Shown here: positions 53,618 to 64,000 of the stretch, piece by piece
How positions within the stretch are numbered: position 1 is the first letter of the stretch
Layout: each line of letters begins with the position of its first letter
NCBI RefSeq assembly: GCF_006345805.1
Contig: NC_043005.1
Location: forward strand, 87,420,001 to 87,484,000
Length of the DNA: 64,000 nt
DNA from: Octopus sinensis
Lineage: Eukaryota
Direction of reading: 5' to 3'
Translations under genes and position numbers: made by a program
Notes under the pieces: generated by a model
What the model was told of the DNA's origin: nothing
The model's input: only the letters and a program-made list of their open reading frames with translations
The model's database searches: none

Positions 53618-53970
53618 ACTGTATCCCACACAATGCAATGTTCCTTCTAGTGTCGCTACACCTACAACTGCATGTGTTCCCCGCTGTTGTGTACTCCAAA
53701 CAATTTCCCAGACGTGCAAGCCACGTGAATATCCGACTTTCCCACGGATGCAGTCTGTAATCCGAGCAACAGGATGTCTATGAAATGTAGTCTTGTCATC
53801 ATCCTTAACGAATAAGTTTAATGATCTATCGTCCGCGTTCCAAGCATGAAAAATTTGAACTTCGAATAGTACAGGTGGCATGTCCAGCAACATGTCCAGG
53901 CGACTTGGCTTCTGAAACTCTGGATTATATAAGCCTGTTCCTTTTCCAGAATTTTATATGTTGGCTCCCT
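53618..53970 (-). pseudogene. SPSB1: SPRY-domain SOCS-box protein (SPSB1/4, Drosophila gustavus family) fragment, frameshifted and truncated
   Basis: [13 protein letters not shown]...[63 protein letters not shown]....LHCVGY closely matches SPSB1/Gus. REPTYK..EKE (cf. SPSB1 RDPTYRPLKQE) lies upstream in another frame. No start codon, second SPRY half or SOCS box. Flanked by (TA)n and (CATA)n. Confidence 0.85.
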
Positions 53971-53972
53971 TG

Positions 53973-54033
<61 letters not shown>

Positions 54034-54249
54034 TTTTTCAATGAATATTATGTTTGTGGCCGTATTAAATGAAAGAATAGCAACGACCGAACTCGCCACC
54101 TTCAATACTGCAGTCTTCACGTTAAAGTCATGAGACTGTATTAGTATTTTGGTCGATAACTGATGATGAATTAGGGTCCTTCTGTGTCTGCCCTATGTTA
54201 AGAGTAAGTTCATATATATATTTTGCGACTCTGTCTTATTGTCTCACAT

Positions 54250-54510
54250 CCTCTTATTCCTTTTCTAGCATCCCAACTTCCTCTCGTTTTCTCGTAATTT
54301 TAGACTGTCCTCCTACCTTCCCTGTTCGCTCTGACGCGCATCCCTTCCATCTATCTACTACCCACATGTGACTTGTGACTAATTTTCCCATCTCTCTGTC
54401 GTCCGCTACCGCACGCGTAGCTTGTTCGTCGGCATCTAACTCCCCTCTAGCTATTTCTCTTTCTATATCCATTCAGGATTTCTTCCAGGTGTTACCCACC
54501 ATCCCCGTCT
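54250..54510 (-). mobile_element. Possible RTE-type LINE 3' remnant
   Basis: PGRKS*MDIEREIARGEL...A.DDRE.GKLV loosely resembles the GRP..TWMD.I..D....A.DR..WR.LV C-terminus of RTE ORFs. Bracketed by ~80-bp direct repeats at ~54130 and ~54660. Confidence 0.35.
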
Positions 54511-54921
54511 CTGTATTTATTCCGTCTTAGCCAATCGTTTCAAATTACATTTGTTAGCCTTCTTACCTCCACTCCGTATCACTTTGTTTGCTCGAGGCCT
54601 AATTCTACGCACATTTTTTCGGGTGCCACCTATATACGTAGTTCTCTTATTGTTAAAAGCGTGAAACTGTGTATTAGCATTTCGGTCGATAACTGATGAA
54701 GAGTTAGGGTCCTTCTGTGTCTGTCCTATATGTGCGTTTTTTAGTATTTGATGCATTTTTCATCAGTTGAGTAAATGAAAGACACGCATACCGACTTTTA
54801 TTAACAGAGAATTTATATATATGTTTTTGTGCATGCGTGTGTTTGTCAGAATGTGAATATATGGATATATGTGTATGTGTATGAATGTATGTATATATAT
54901 TTATAGAATATAACTATATAT

Positions 54922-54980
<59 letters not shown>

Positions 54981-55023
54981 AATGTATTTATGTATGTATG
55001 AATGTATGTATGTGTGTATGTAT

Positions 55024-55258
55024 CTTATTTTTCTATTGCCCACAAGGGGCTAAACATAGAGAGGACAAACAAGGACAGACAAAGGGATTAAGTCGATTAC
55101 ATCGACCCCAGTGCGTGACTGGTACTTAATTTATCGACCCCGAAAGAATGAATGGCAAAGTCGACCTCAGCGGAATTTGAACTCAGAACGTAACGGCAAA
55201 CGAAATAGTGCAAAGCATTTCGCCCGGCGTGCTAACGTTTCTGCCAGCTCGCCGCCTT
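55024..55258 (-). mobile_element. tRNA-derived SINE (main family), full-length monomer
   Basis: Minus strand GGCGGCGAGCTGGCAGAAACG (A box)...GAGTTCAAATTCC (B box)...GGGGTCGATGTAATCGAC...GCCCCTTGTGGGCAATAG. Confidence 0.85.
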
Positions 55259-55810
55259 AGTATGTATGTATATATATTTATACAATATAACTATATATGT
55301 ATGAATATATTTATGTATGTATGTATAAATGTATGTATGTATGTATGTATGTATGTATGTATGTATGTATGTATGTATGTATGTATGTATGTACGCATGC
55401 ATGGAGGGATATTCATAATGTAAGTTCTCTGTTGTGCAAACCATACATTTATGATAATTTATAATCTGCAACTAATCATTTTCTTTGAGAAACTCTAACC
55501 AGCATTAGCTTATGGATATTGTAACAATTTTCTAGGAGAGTCATTCTACATTAGTAATTCATTTTATGTTTATAAATTTTAGTTTACAAAGTTTCAGCTA
55601 CATAATAATATCTTAGCAAAAAGAAAGATACACGATACAAGTTACAACTAGACATATACTCAAGTATATACATACACACATACATATATATATATATAGA
55701 TACGTTTATGCATACATATATACATATACATTTATATACACTTATACGTACATGTAATAATACAATATGTACATAGATGTATGTATATACATATACATAC
55801 ATATATATAT

Positions 55811-55842
<32 letters not shown>

Positions 55843-55909
55843 CATATGTGTTTGTGTGAGTATAAGATAGGGAGAGGGAATGACAGTCATACAGTTTTAA
55901 ATATAAAGA

Positions 55910-55961
<52 letters not shown>

Positions 55962-55989
55962 CATTCATACATATGTGTGTTTTTGTGTA

Positions 55990-56025
<36 letters not shown>

Positions 56026-57229
56026 AGAATGTATGTATGTTTGTGTGCGTGTATGTATGTATATATACGCTTTTACAGACACAGATATTAGTAAATTTTA
56101 GTTTGCCAAGATCTGATAAATAATATGTTAGTAAAATGAAAAATGTACACCCACACGCGCGCAACTGACTTGCGAGCGCAGTCGCAGACATATTGTAACA
56201 TAAACACACCCACATATAAGCAGGTACGTACAAACAAACACACGCATACACCATAGTATAGAATTTAGCTTTGCTGACACTGTCAAAACTGGGCGACATA
56301 TCTACTTGGTTTGCACGGTTCTACTGTAAAATTTAAGGAAATGACCAATAATCAGTAATAATCTGAGTTAGAAGCACGAATAAAAATGAAGATAAATGAT
56401 ATTTTTCTTATACTGTTATCACAAACATGAATCTTTCAACGTAAACTTTATCAATGTACGTGTGTGGTGGGAAGGTGCTGGGAGGTGTAAGAAATGTCTG
56501 ATTGAACGAAAGCTTTGGTTTGGCTACTGGGATGCTGGGATGGTTTAGATGGTTTTGAGGTTGTAAGATCTGAGATACAACAGATCATAAGTGACTTTTC
56601 GATATAGAAATATAGCTAAATAGTTGATACTCTTGAAAATTATATGGTATGTTTTGCTGGTATCTAGTCTATTGTCGGTTCGTTTCGTGTCACTTGTTCT
56701 GCCCAGCTTAACGGATTTATCTATTCGTCCGTGAAAACACATGAAAACACAGATTTTCTCGTTGAAAATATTAGGTTTGTAATTTAAGTCGCTTATCCGA
56801 CTTTATGAGTCATACGGTTCATTACAGATGTAAGTCGAACGCAACGCAATATATGAAAGCTTTATAAGGTAGTGAGCTAGCTAAATGGTTAGGATGCTGG
56901 GCCAAATATTTAGCGGCATTTCGCCCGTCTTCAGGTTTTGAGTTCAAATTCCATCGACGTTGACTAACTTTCAACCTTCGTTAAGGATGACGTACAAAGC
57001 ACCCATGTTTCCAGAGTTGAATAATTCAAACCCGGAATAGTTACGCTTAGAACATAGCTATAATAATTCCCAACTACTCTTGTTCTCGAAAAGTGAATGT
57101 CCTATCATCAGCCACCAATGGACATACTCAACTCGTTAAGGGGAAGCAACTGACAAGCAAATCTGTGGTATTCAGCAAAATATTTGTTGTAGCTCATCTT
57201 TTACACCTATACAAAATATGTACACGTCA

Positions 57230-58290
57230 ACACTTTCGATCAGTTAAGATCAAAAGCCGTGAGAGTCGCTGTCTGATACCGCTGGAGATGCACTACTGCG
57301 TCAGCTCTTCATTAACATTCGAGTGGTTCCAAGCAGTGCTGTTTTCTGCAAGTGCTCCACCCTTCTTACAGCTCCTATTTGTTCTACGTATTTCTCGAGA
57401 TTTTTACTCAATGTTCCCAGGGCTCCGACAATTACAGGTTCTACTACCACCTTTTTCAGCGACCACAGCTGCTTAACTTCCCAAGCTAACTTGTCATATC
57501 TCTCGATTTTTCTTTCTTCATTGTTACATACCTTGTTGTATGATCCAGCATAGTTTGTTTTCTTTCTCAATTAAGACTATGACTGGCTTCCTATTCTCTA
57601 TCCCATGGTCGCAATGAATCATAAAATCGCATAGGACTTTTGCATTTCTATTTTCGACGATACCTTCGGGTTTATGATCGTAACAATATTTGCTCTCTCA
57701 AGTCCCTACTTGTTGCAAAGTGTCCAATGGACAAGCCTGGTTATAATTGTCGTGGCGTCTCATACATTTTTTCTGGACTAGTGGTGCACATTAACTGGTA
57801 ATATGCTATACTGTTTCAGTGTTTTGTCCACAGATTCTTCACTTTTCACTTTCTGATGTGTTGTCTATTCTGTATTTTATGTAGTTTGTTCTTAGTGCTT
57901 GCTCTTAGGCAGCACGGATTAGAGCCTCCGTTTCCGGTTTCAATTCACTTTTAGTCATCTACAGCCATCGTTTTTCTCTAACTGTCTTATCTTCAACATG
58001 CCTATAAAATTGACCATGCATTCTTTTCTTTACCTATTTTCTGTTACATTCGTTTTCAATTTCTTGTATAGCGCTTCAGCTTTGCAATCTTTCATCCTAC
58101 GCCTTCTTACATCTAGTAACAGCGGTTCTGTGGCAATTTTTACATACCATGCTCTGTTGTTTTTTTCTGCACTAATGCTGTGTTCGCATCCAATAAGTCC
58201 TCTTCCCCGTCTTTTTCTTGGTACATAGAGTCTGTCCGTGTCCTTTTTGGGTGGCGTGAACCATATCTAGTTAACAACTTCCTTATTATT
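57230..58290 (-). mobile_element. R4/Dong-clade non-LTR retrotransposon 3' part (zinc knuckle plus restriction-like endonuclease), degenerate
   Basis: AA*EQALRTNYIKYRID...RICG..TETV*HI...C..L......RHD and EERKIERYDKLAWEVKQLW...VVEPVIVGALG..SKNLEKY......LQKTALLGTTR. Confidence 0.85.
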
Positions 58291-58655
58291 ATTTCTTTTT
58301 AAGAAGACACCGAACTGGCAGAACCGTTAACATGCTGGGACAAACTTCTTACCGACATTTCGTCCGTCTTTACATTCTGAATTCAAATCCCACTCCATCC
58401 CACCAGGGTTGACCTTGCTTTTTATCCTTTCGCAGTCGATAACATAAATATCAGAAGGAAATTTACAGAGTAATATCTGTCAGTTGATTCGCAAAGAATA
58501 CAGGAAATTTGGAGATGATCTGAGGCAGATAATTGTATTTGTGTTTTGATGTGTATGGATCATAGCTAAGACATACAATCCTTTGGAAAATTACTCGAAG
58601 CTTTGGAGGCACAAGGCCTGAAATTTTGCGAGCGTGGATTCAATCGATTATATTT

Positions 58656-59068
58656 ATTTCTTTATTGCCCACAAGGGGCTAAGCATTGAGAGGAGAAACA
58701 AGGACAGACAAAGGGATAAATCGGTTACACCGACCCCAGTGCGTAACTTGTACGTATTTATTTGACCCCGAAAGTATGAAAGGCAAAGTCGACCTCGGCG
58801 GAATTTGAACTCAGAGCGTAACGACTGACGAAATACCAATTTCTTTACTACCCACAAGGGGCTAAACACAGAGAGGACAAACAAGGACAGACAAACGGAT
58901 TAAGTCCATTATATCGACCCCAGTGCGTAACTGGTACTTATTGAATCGACCCCGAAAAGATGAAAGGCAAAGTCGAACTCGGCGGAATTTGAACTCAGAA
59001 CTTAACGGCAGATGAAGTACTGCTAAGCATTTCGGCCGACGTGCTGACGATTCTGCCAGTTCGCCGCC
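58656..59068 (-). mobile_element. Dimeric SINE (main family)
   Basis: Full head at the 59068 end. The first tail (AGTAAAGAAATT) joins GGTATTTCGTC of a second unit at ~58837. Confidence 0.8.
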
Positions 59069-60539
59069 CTAAATCGATCACAGTGACCCCCAGTCTTCAA
59101 CTGGTATTTATCTTTTTGAACACGAAACGATTAAAGGTAAAACCGATCTCGATGAAATTTGAACTCAGAATGTAAAGACGCGCGAAGCAATTCTGAAAAT
59201 TTCTGTCCAGCTTATTGAAATTTGCCAGCTCGCCATCTTGCAAAACTTTGATGTATACTGTATTGCCTTCGGCTTAGACTTACATCTGTAATGAGCTGCT
59301 TTGACTGATAGAGTCAAAGCTTTACGCCGGTTGACATGGGGTATAATTGACTGAAATCACAACACTATCCCCTAAACCTAACACCGGTCCTTCGCAGGAT
59401 GAACTTCCCTGTCCTTGCTGGAACTCATTCACACCCGAGTGGATTGGTACAACGTCGTGTTTTACTCAAGAGCACAACGCATCATCTGCATCGGGAATTG
59501 AAACCACTTTACGATTGTGCGTGCATCACATTAATCATAACGCCACACGTTTTCTGATGCACATCTATATCAATTTCAGTTATATTTCAGATTCGGGGTT
59601 CACTCAAAAACGTTGCATCCATATACAATTACTTGCATTTCTTAGCTGTGTCTCGTAGATGGGTATGACTTCGTAACACACCTCGTTTTACCTGATTGTT
59701 TTAGGTGTCTCTGTCGTCAGAAGTAGACATAAATATTCCAGGCTACGTCTGCACCTATAACCGGCGATGTCTCGGTCAATGAATCCTCTGCAAAGGTCAA
59801 TAATCGACGGCTTATGAGCTGCTGCTGATCACACTATCCCAAAGTGTATACATGTGACTGTAAATCACTGGTGAACTTGTATCTTCACTGAAACTCAGAG
59901 TTTAAACAATACATCGTAACAGCGAACGACGACTACAACTACAGTGTCCGCGGAAATAGACCGTCGAACAAGAGTCAGCATTGGGGATGGACGAGGTGCA
60001 ATCGTTGGTCGGAGCCGACTCAAGCTCTTCTCGCTGAATGCCGCTGTATATACAAGTGCAAGTATAGGCGCTCTTAGTCCCTGTAGCGGTCAATCAAAGG
60101 AATATACCGTTGTGACTGGACAGAGAGAGGGAAACATCAAATTCGCATCAGATTCCACTGAATCACACTTTGGGATGGTGCTGTGTTTTTTAACCTCGGA
60201 AACGAATAAAGCATGTTGAGTGAAATATGGTAACGGAGATTGTTTGGAAATTCATCGGAGGAGGTTTTCCTTGTCTTCCAACTAGATTTAAATACACGAC
60301 TAATTTAACATCACCAACTGGTCCTTCAGTACATTTAGGAACTGTATTCTGTTATTTAAGAACTCTGGCTCTTGAGTACCTTTTGTATGATGAACTATGT
60401 CAAAGGCACAGGTCCAGATCGGAGGGTAGCAGTTTCGAAACTTTCCCTAGCTGGAGGACCATGGAACGGATAATGGACAAATAATTTTTTTCGTTCGTGT
60501 AGCAAACAATAACAAGCAAAAACATTAGAAATATATCTA

Positions 60540-60589
<50 letters not shown>

Positions 60590-60594
<5 letters not shown>

Positions 60595-60791
60595 GGAGAG
60601 TTTACGAAGAAAACAAAAGACGAAGACAGGTGGTGTACAAAACAAACAGATGTATTAGTATAACGCTCAGGAACTGAAAAAGTATTTTACGTTTCGAGCC
60701 TACGCTCTTCTACAGAAAGGGACACAGAAAGAATTAAGGAGAGAAACAAAGAGAGAAAAAATGTGTGTAGTGGCTAACGATCTATCATGGC

Positions 60792-60792
<1 letters not shown>
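60590..60792 (-). mobile_element. Short element inserted in (TA)n with a hammerhead-like motif; partial copy at 1-70
   Basis: Minus strand TAGAAGA-GCGTAGGCTC-GAAA-CG-TA. The sequence CTACAGAA...GGAGAGAAACAAA...AAAATGTGTGTAGTGGCTAA is shared with window positions 1-68. Confidence 0.5.
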
Positions 60793-60846
<54 letters not shown>

Positions 60847-61149
60847 AATACTAATTTAACCATTCATGCATCTCACGAAAACAGATCTTGAAGAATTTAG
60901 AAACTTGTCGTTGCGAAATATTTTCAACAAAAATTCAAAACAATATTATTGTTCACGCTTGATGGTGTTCATAAAGAGAACTCACAACTACTTATTAATC
61001 AACAAAATCAACAACCGACTAAAAAGATGTTCCTTGCTTCCCGCCACCACGCCTTCCTAAAAGTGGTAAACACTTCTTAAGAAAAGAGATGTTCTCTCAA
61101 TTAACAGATTACAACAAATTCATGTCGCATATCATTTTGCTTTCCTTCT

Positions 61150-61258
61150 CTGACGTAATTCTTTCTTCTTCCTCTTGTTCTTCTTCTTCCTCTTCTTTTT
61201 CTTCTTCTTCTTCTCTTCTTCTTCTTATTATTATTATTATTTATTATTATTATTATTA

Positions 61259-61317
<59 letters not shown>

Positions 61318-61510
61318 TCCCTACAACCATTATCATCACAACCACCACCACTCGAACATCACTTCCACTTCCATTATCATCATCATCTTTTTCATCCTCT
61401 ACCTATTCCTCATCTTTTACTTCTTCTTCCTCATCATCATCATTATTATTATAATTATCAACATCATAATCACCGCCACCACCACCACCATCATCATCAT
61501 AATCATCTTT
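61150..61510. repeat. (CTT)/(ATT)/(CAT)/(CAC) compound trinucleotide tract
   Basis: Direct inspection. Confidence 0.92.
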
Positions 61511-61849
61511 ATCCTCTTCATCTCATTTTACATTTTCTTCCCCTTCCTCACTGACTTCCCCTCCCTCTCTCTTCCTCTCCACTCTCTTCTCTCATTCTGT
61601 CATTCCCCTCTCCTTCCCACCCTTCTCTCCCCACCTCCAAACTCCTCCATACCGACTATTTTTATGTCTTCCACTTAGATAAACAATTTAATCAATACAT
61701 TTTGAATTGTCAGTAAAAATTGCTTTACACTCCTTCAGCAAACTGAAACAATTAAAATAATGTCTCTCACTTTACAAAATGCCAACCTAAGCAGCACATG
61801 CAAATCGCTATGCACTCCTCACTCAATATAATCAATGCATGTGTTTGCG

Positions 61850-62480
61850 TTTGTGTGTGTGTGTTTTTGCATTATATGTGTGCGTTTTGCTGCTACGTTC
61901 TGAGTTCAAATTGCGCCGAGGTCGACTTTGCCTTTCATCCTTTCGGAGTCGATTAAATAAATACTAGTTACGCACTGGGGTAGATATAATCGACTTAATC
62001 CGTTTGTCTGTCCTGGTTTGTCCTCTGTGTGTAGCCCCTTGTAGGTAGTAATAAAACAGGTATTTCGTCAGTTGTTACGTTCTGGGTTCAAATTGCGCCG
62101 AGGTGGACTTTGCTTTTCATCCTTTCGGGGTCGAATTAATAAATACCAGTTACGCACTGGGGTCGATGTAATGGACTTTATGCCCTCCTTCAAATGTCAA
62201 GCCTTGTACTTCCAGAAGAAAGGAATATATGTGAGCGTATATGTAATGTGCACGCATGTATGTGTGTGTGTGTATGTGTGTGTGTGTCTGTGTGTGTGTG
62301 TGCGTATTTGCATTTTATGTGCGCTTGTTGCTGCTACGTTCTGAGTTCAAATTCCACCGAGGTCGACTTTGCCTTTCATCCTTTCGGGGTCGATTAAATA
62401 AATACCAGGTACGCACCGGGGTCGATGTAATCGACTTAATACCCTCCTTCAAATTTCTAGCCTTGTATTTCCAGTAGAAA
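61850..62480 (+). mobile_element. Three tandem headless copies of the main SINE
   Basis: TACGTTCTG(A/G)GTTCAAATT at 61894, 62076 and 62335. A fourth copy is at ~63549-63715. Confidence 0.8.
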
Positions 62481-62634
62481 GGATTATGTGTGAGTGTGTA
62501 TGTAATGTGCATGCATGTATGTGTTTGTATGTGTGTGTGTGTATGTGTGTGTGTATGTGTGTGTGTGTGTGTGTGTGTTTGTCGGGGGTAGTAAATAGAA
62601 ATATCGATTTTGTATGTTTTTTACCTTTTACCAT

Positions 62635-63008
62635 TTTACTTGTTTCAATCACTAGATTGCGGCAGTGCTGGAGCACCATGTAGAAGAAAGTTTAACCCAA
62701 CGGATCGACCACACTGATTATTTTGTTTCTAAGCCTGCTACTTATTCTCACCGTATCTTTTTCCCAATTACTATATTATGGGATCGTAAACAAACCAGCA
62801 CCGGTTATCAAGTGTTTTTGGGGACAGCCACACACACACACATAAATGACGGGCTTCTTTCAATTTCCGAGTACAAAATCCACTCAGAAAACTTTGGTCG
62901 GCGCAAGGGTATAGTAAAAAGCATTCGTCCAAGGTACTACGCAGTAGGACTGTACCCGGAGCCTTGTGATTAAAAAGACAAGGTTCTTATCACACAGCCA
63001 CGCCTGCG
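62635..63008 (-). mobile_element. tRNA-derived SINE (third family), degenerate
   Basis: Reverse-complement similarity to 26414-26815 (TTACTTGTTTCA...GCTGGAGCACC...GACGGGCTTCTTTCA). Confidence 0.7.
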
Positions 63009-63489
63009 TTAAACTATACAATAGCTTAACGTTCATTTATTAAAGGCTTCATATTTCTGCATTAGTGTTTCCTATTTTGTTCGGAATAGGATTTATCTGA
63101 GGTTCATTAAGTTTTCGAAACTTCCAAGCGAAATATTCCTCTCTTTACCATTTCTTTGGTTTATTTATAATTTTTTTAATTTCATTTTGTTGTTTCCTTT
63201 AGATAGACACTTTAGAAACATGCAGAAAAGCGGAACCTCGTCGGAAAGAGCATGTTAAATAGCCTTTCCACATCCTTCGACAGCATTCCTGCAGTCACTG
63301 TCCTTGGCTACTTTCTTCCCTTCCAATTTAACTGCAGAAAGACAAAGCCCAATGGACGCAGATCTGACTGGCAACAGTAATGAAACTAAAATTTTTGAAG
63401 TAATAAACTATAAATCTTTTGTAGAATCTAGAGCCAGTTTTGTTTCGTATGTAGTCTTGTTTCGTATAAGAAGCACTCAATGTAATCAA

Positions 63490-63715
63490 TGCATGTGTGT
63501 GTGTGTGTGTTGTGTGCATATTTGTATTTTATTCGTGCGTATTGTTGCTACGTTCTGACTCCAAATTTCCCTGAGGTCGACTTTCCCTTTCATCCTTTCA
63601 GGGTCGATAAATAAAGTACCAGTTTCGCACTGGGGTCGATGTAATCGACTTAATCCTTTTGTCTGTCCCTGTCTGCTCCCTCTATGTTTAGCCCCTTGTG
63701 GGTAGTAAAGAGATA
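63490..63715 (+). mobile_element. Headless main-family SINE copy
   Basis: TACGTTCTGACTCCAAATT...GAGGTCGACTTT...GGGGTCGATGTAATCGACTTAATCC...GCCCCTTGTGGGTAGTAAAG. Confidence 0.8.
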
Positions 63716-64000
63716 TATTATAGTTAATCGAACACATGCACGCAGTCTCTTCTTTCTCTGTGATCTGCTGTTCGATATTTGTTTCCTGAATGCAGTATAT
63801 TTAAATGGATTTTGTGAAATTTAGGAACGAAATAATTATCTTTTATTCACTTGAAAATTTTCAGCAATTGTTAACTACGGTTCTCTATACTTGTTATGCA
63901 CTCGAAATTGTTTCAAAGCAAGGTTTCTTTTTCAAATGTTCTATAAGAATTATCTATATTTGAAAGATTGTAAAATAAATTTTTTTTTAAACTATGAATC

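Noticed and set aside
53818-54120. MKTAVLKV... as the SPSB N-terminus
   Set aside because: It does not resemble MGQK(I/V)SGG. Homology starts only after the (TA)n tract, at REPTYK.

Overview
AT-rich, microsatellite-dense eukaryotic DNA with one 100-N gap (10987-11086). It is most likely an octopus (cephalopod); this is inferred from the tRNA-derived SINE families and was not checked against a database. I find no intact protein-coding gene. The only host-gene homology is a truncated, frameshifted SPSB/gustavus (SPRY-SOCS box) fragment at about 53.6-54.0 kb. Almost all ORFs in the supplied track are microsatellite artefacts. The main signal is catalytic RNA. Three tandem arrays with largely unrelated unit sequences (422-bp at 151-2563, ~600-bp at 13661-16144, ~533-bp at 48388-51840) sit in (TA)n tracts, and each full unit carries a type I hammerhead ribozyme (17 copies in all). 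The 422-bp unit also encodes what looks like the N-terminus of a Penelope-like (PLE) ORF. Degenerate solo hammerheads are scattered across the window. One lies 3' of a PLE GIY-YIG endonuclease remnant, and one lies inside a tRNA-headed SINE. Several of these elements show fold-back inversions. The remainder comprises R4/Dong-type LINE fragments, a DD37D (maT) transposase remnant, three Helitron-like elements, many SINEs and simple repeats.
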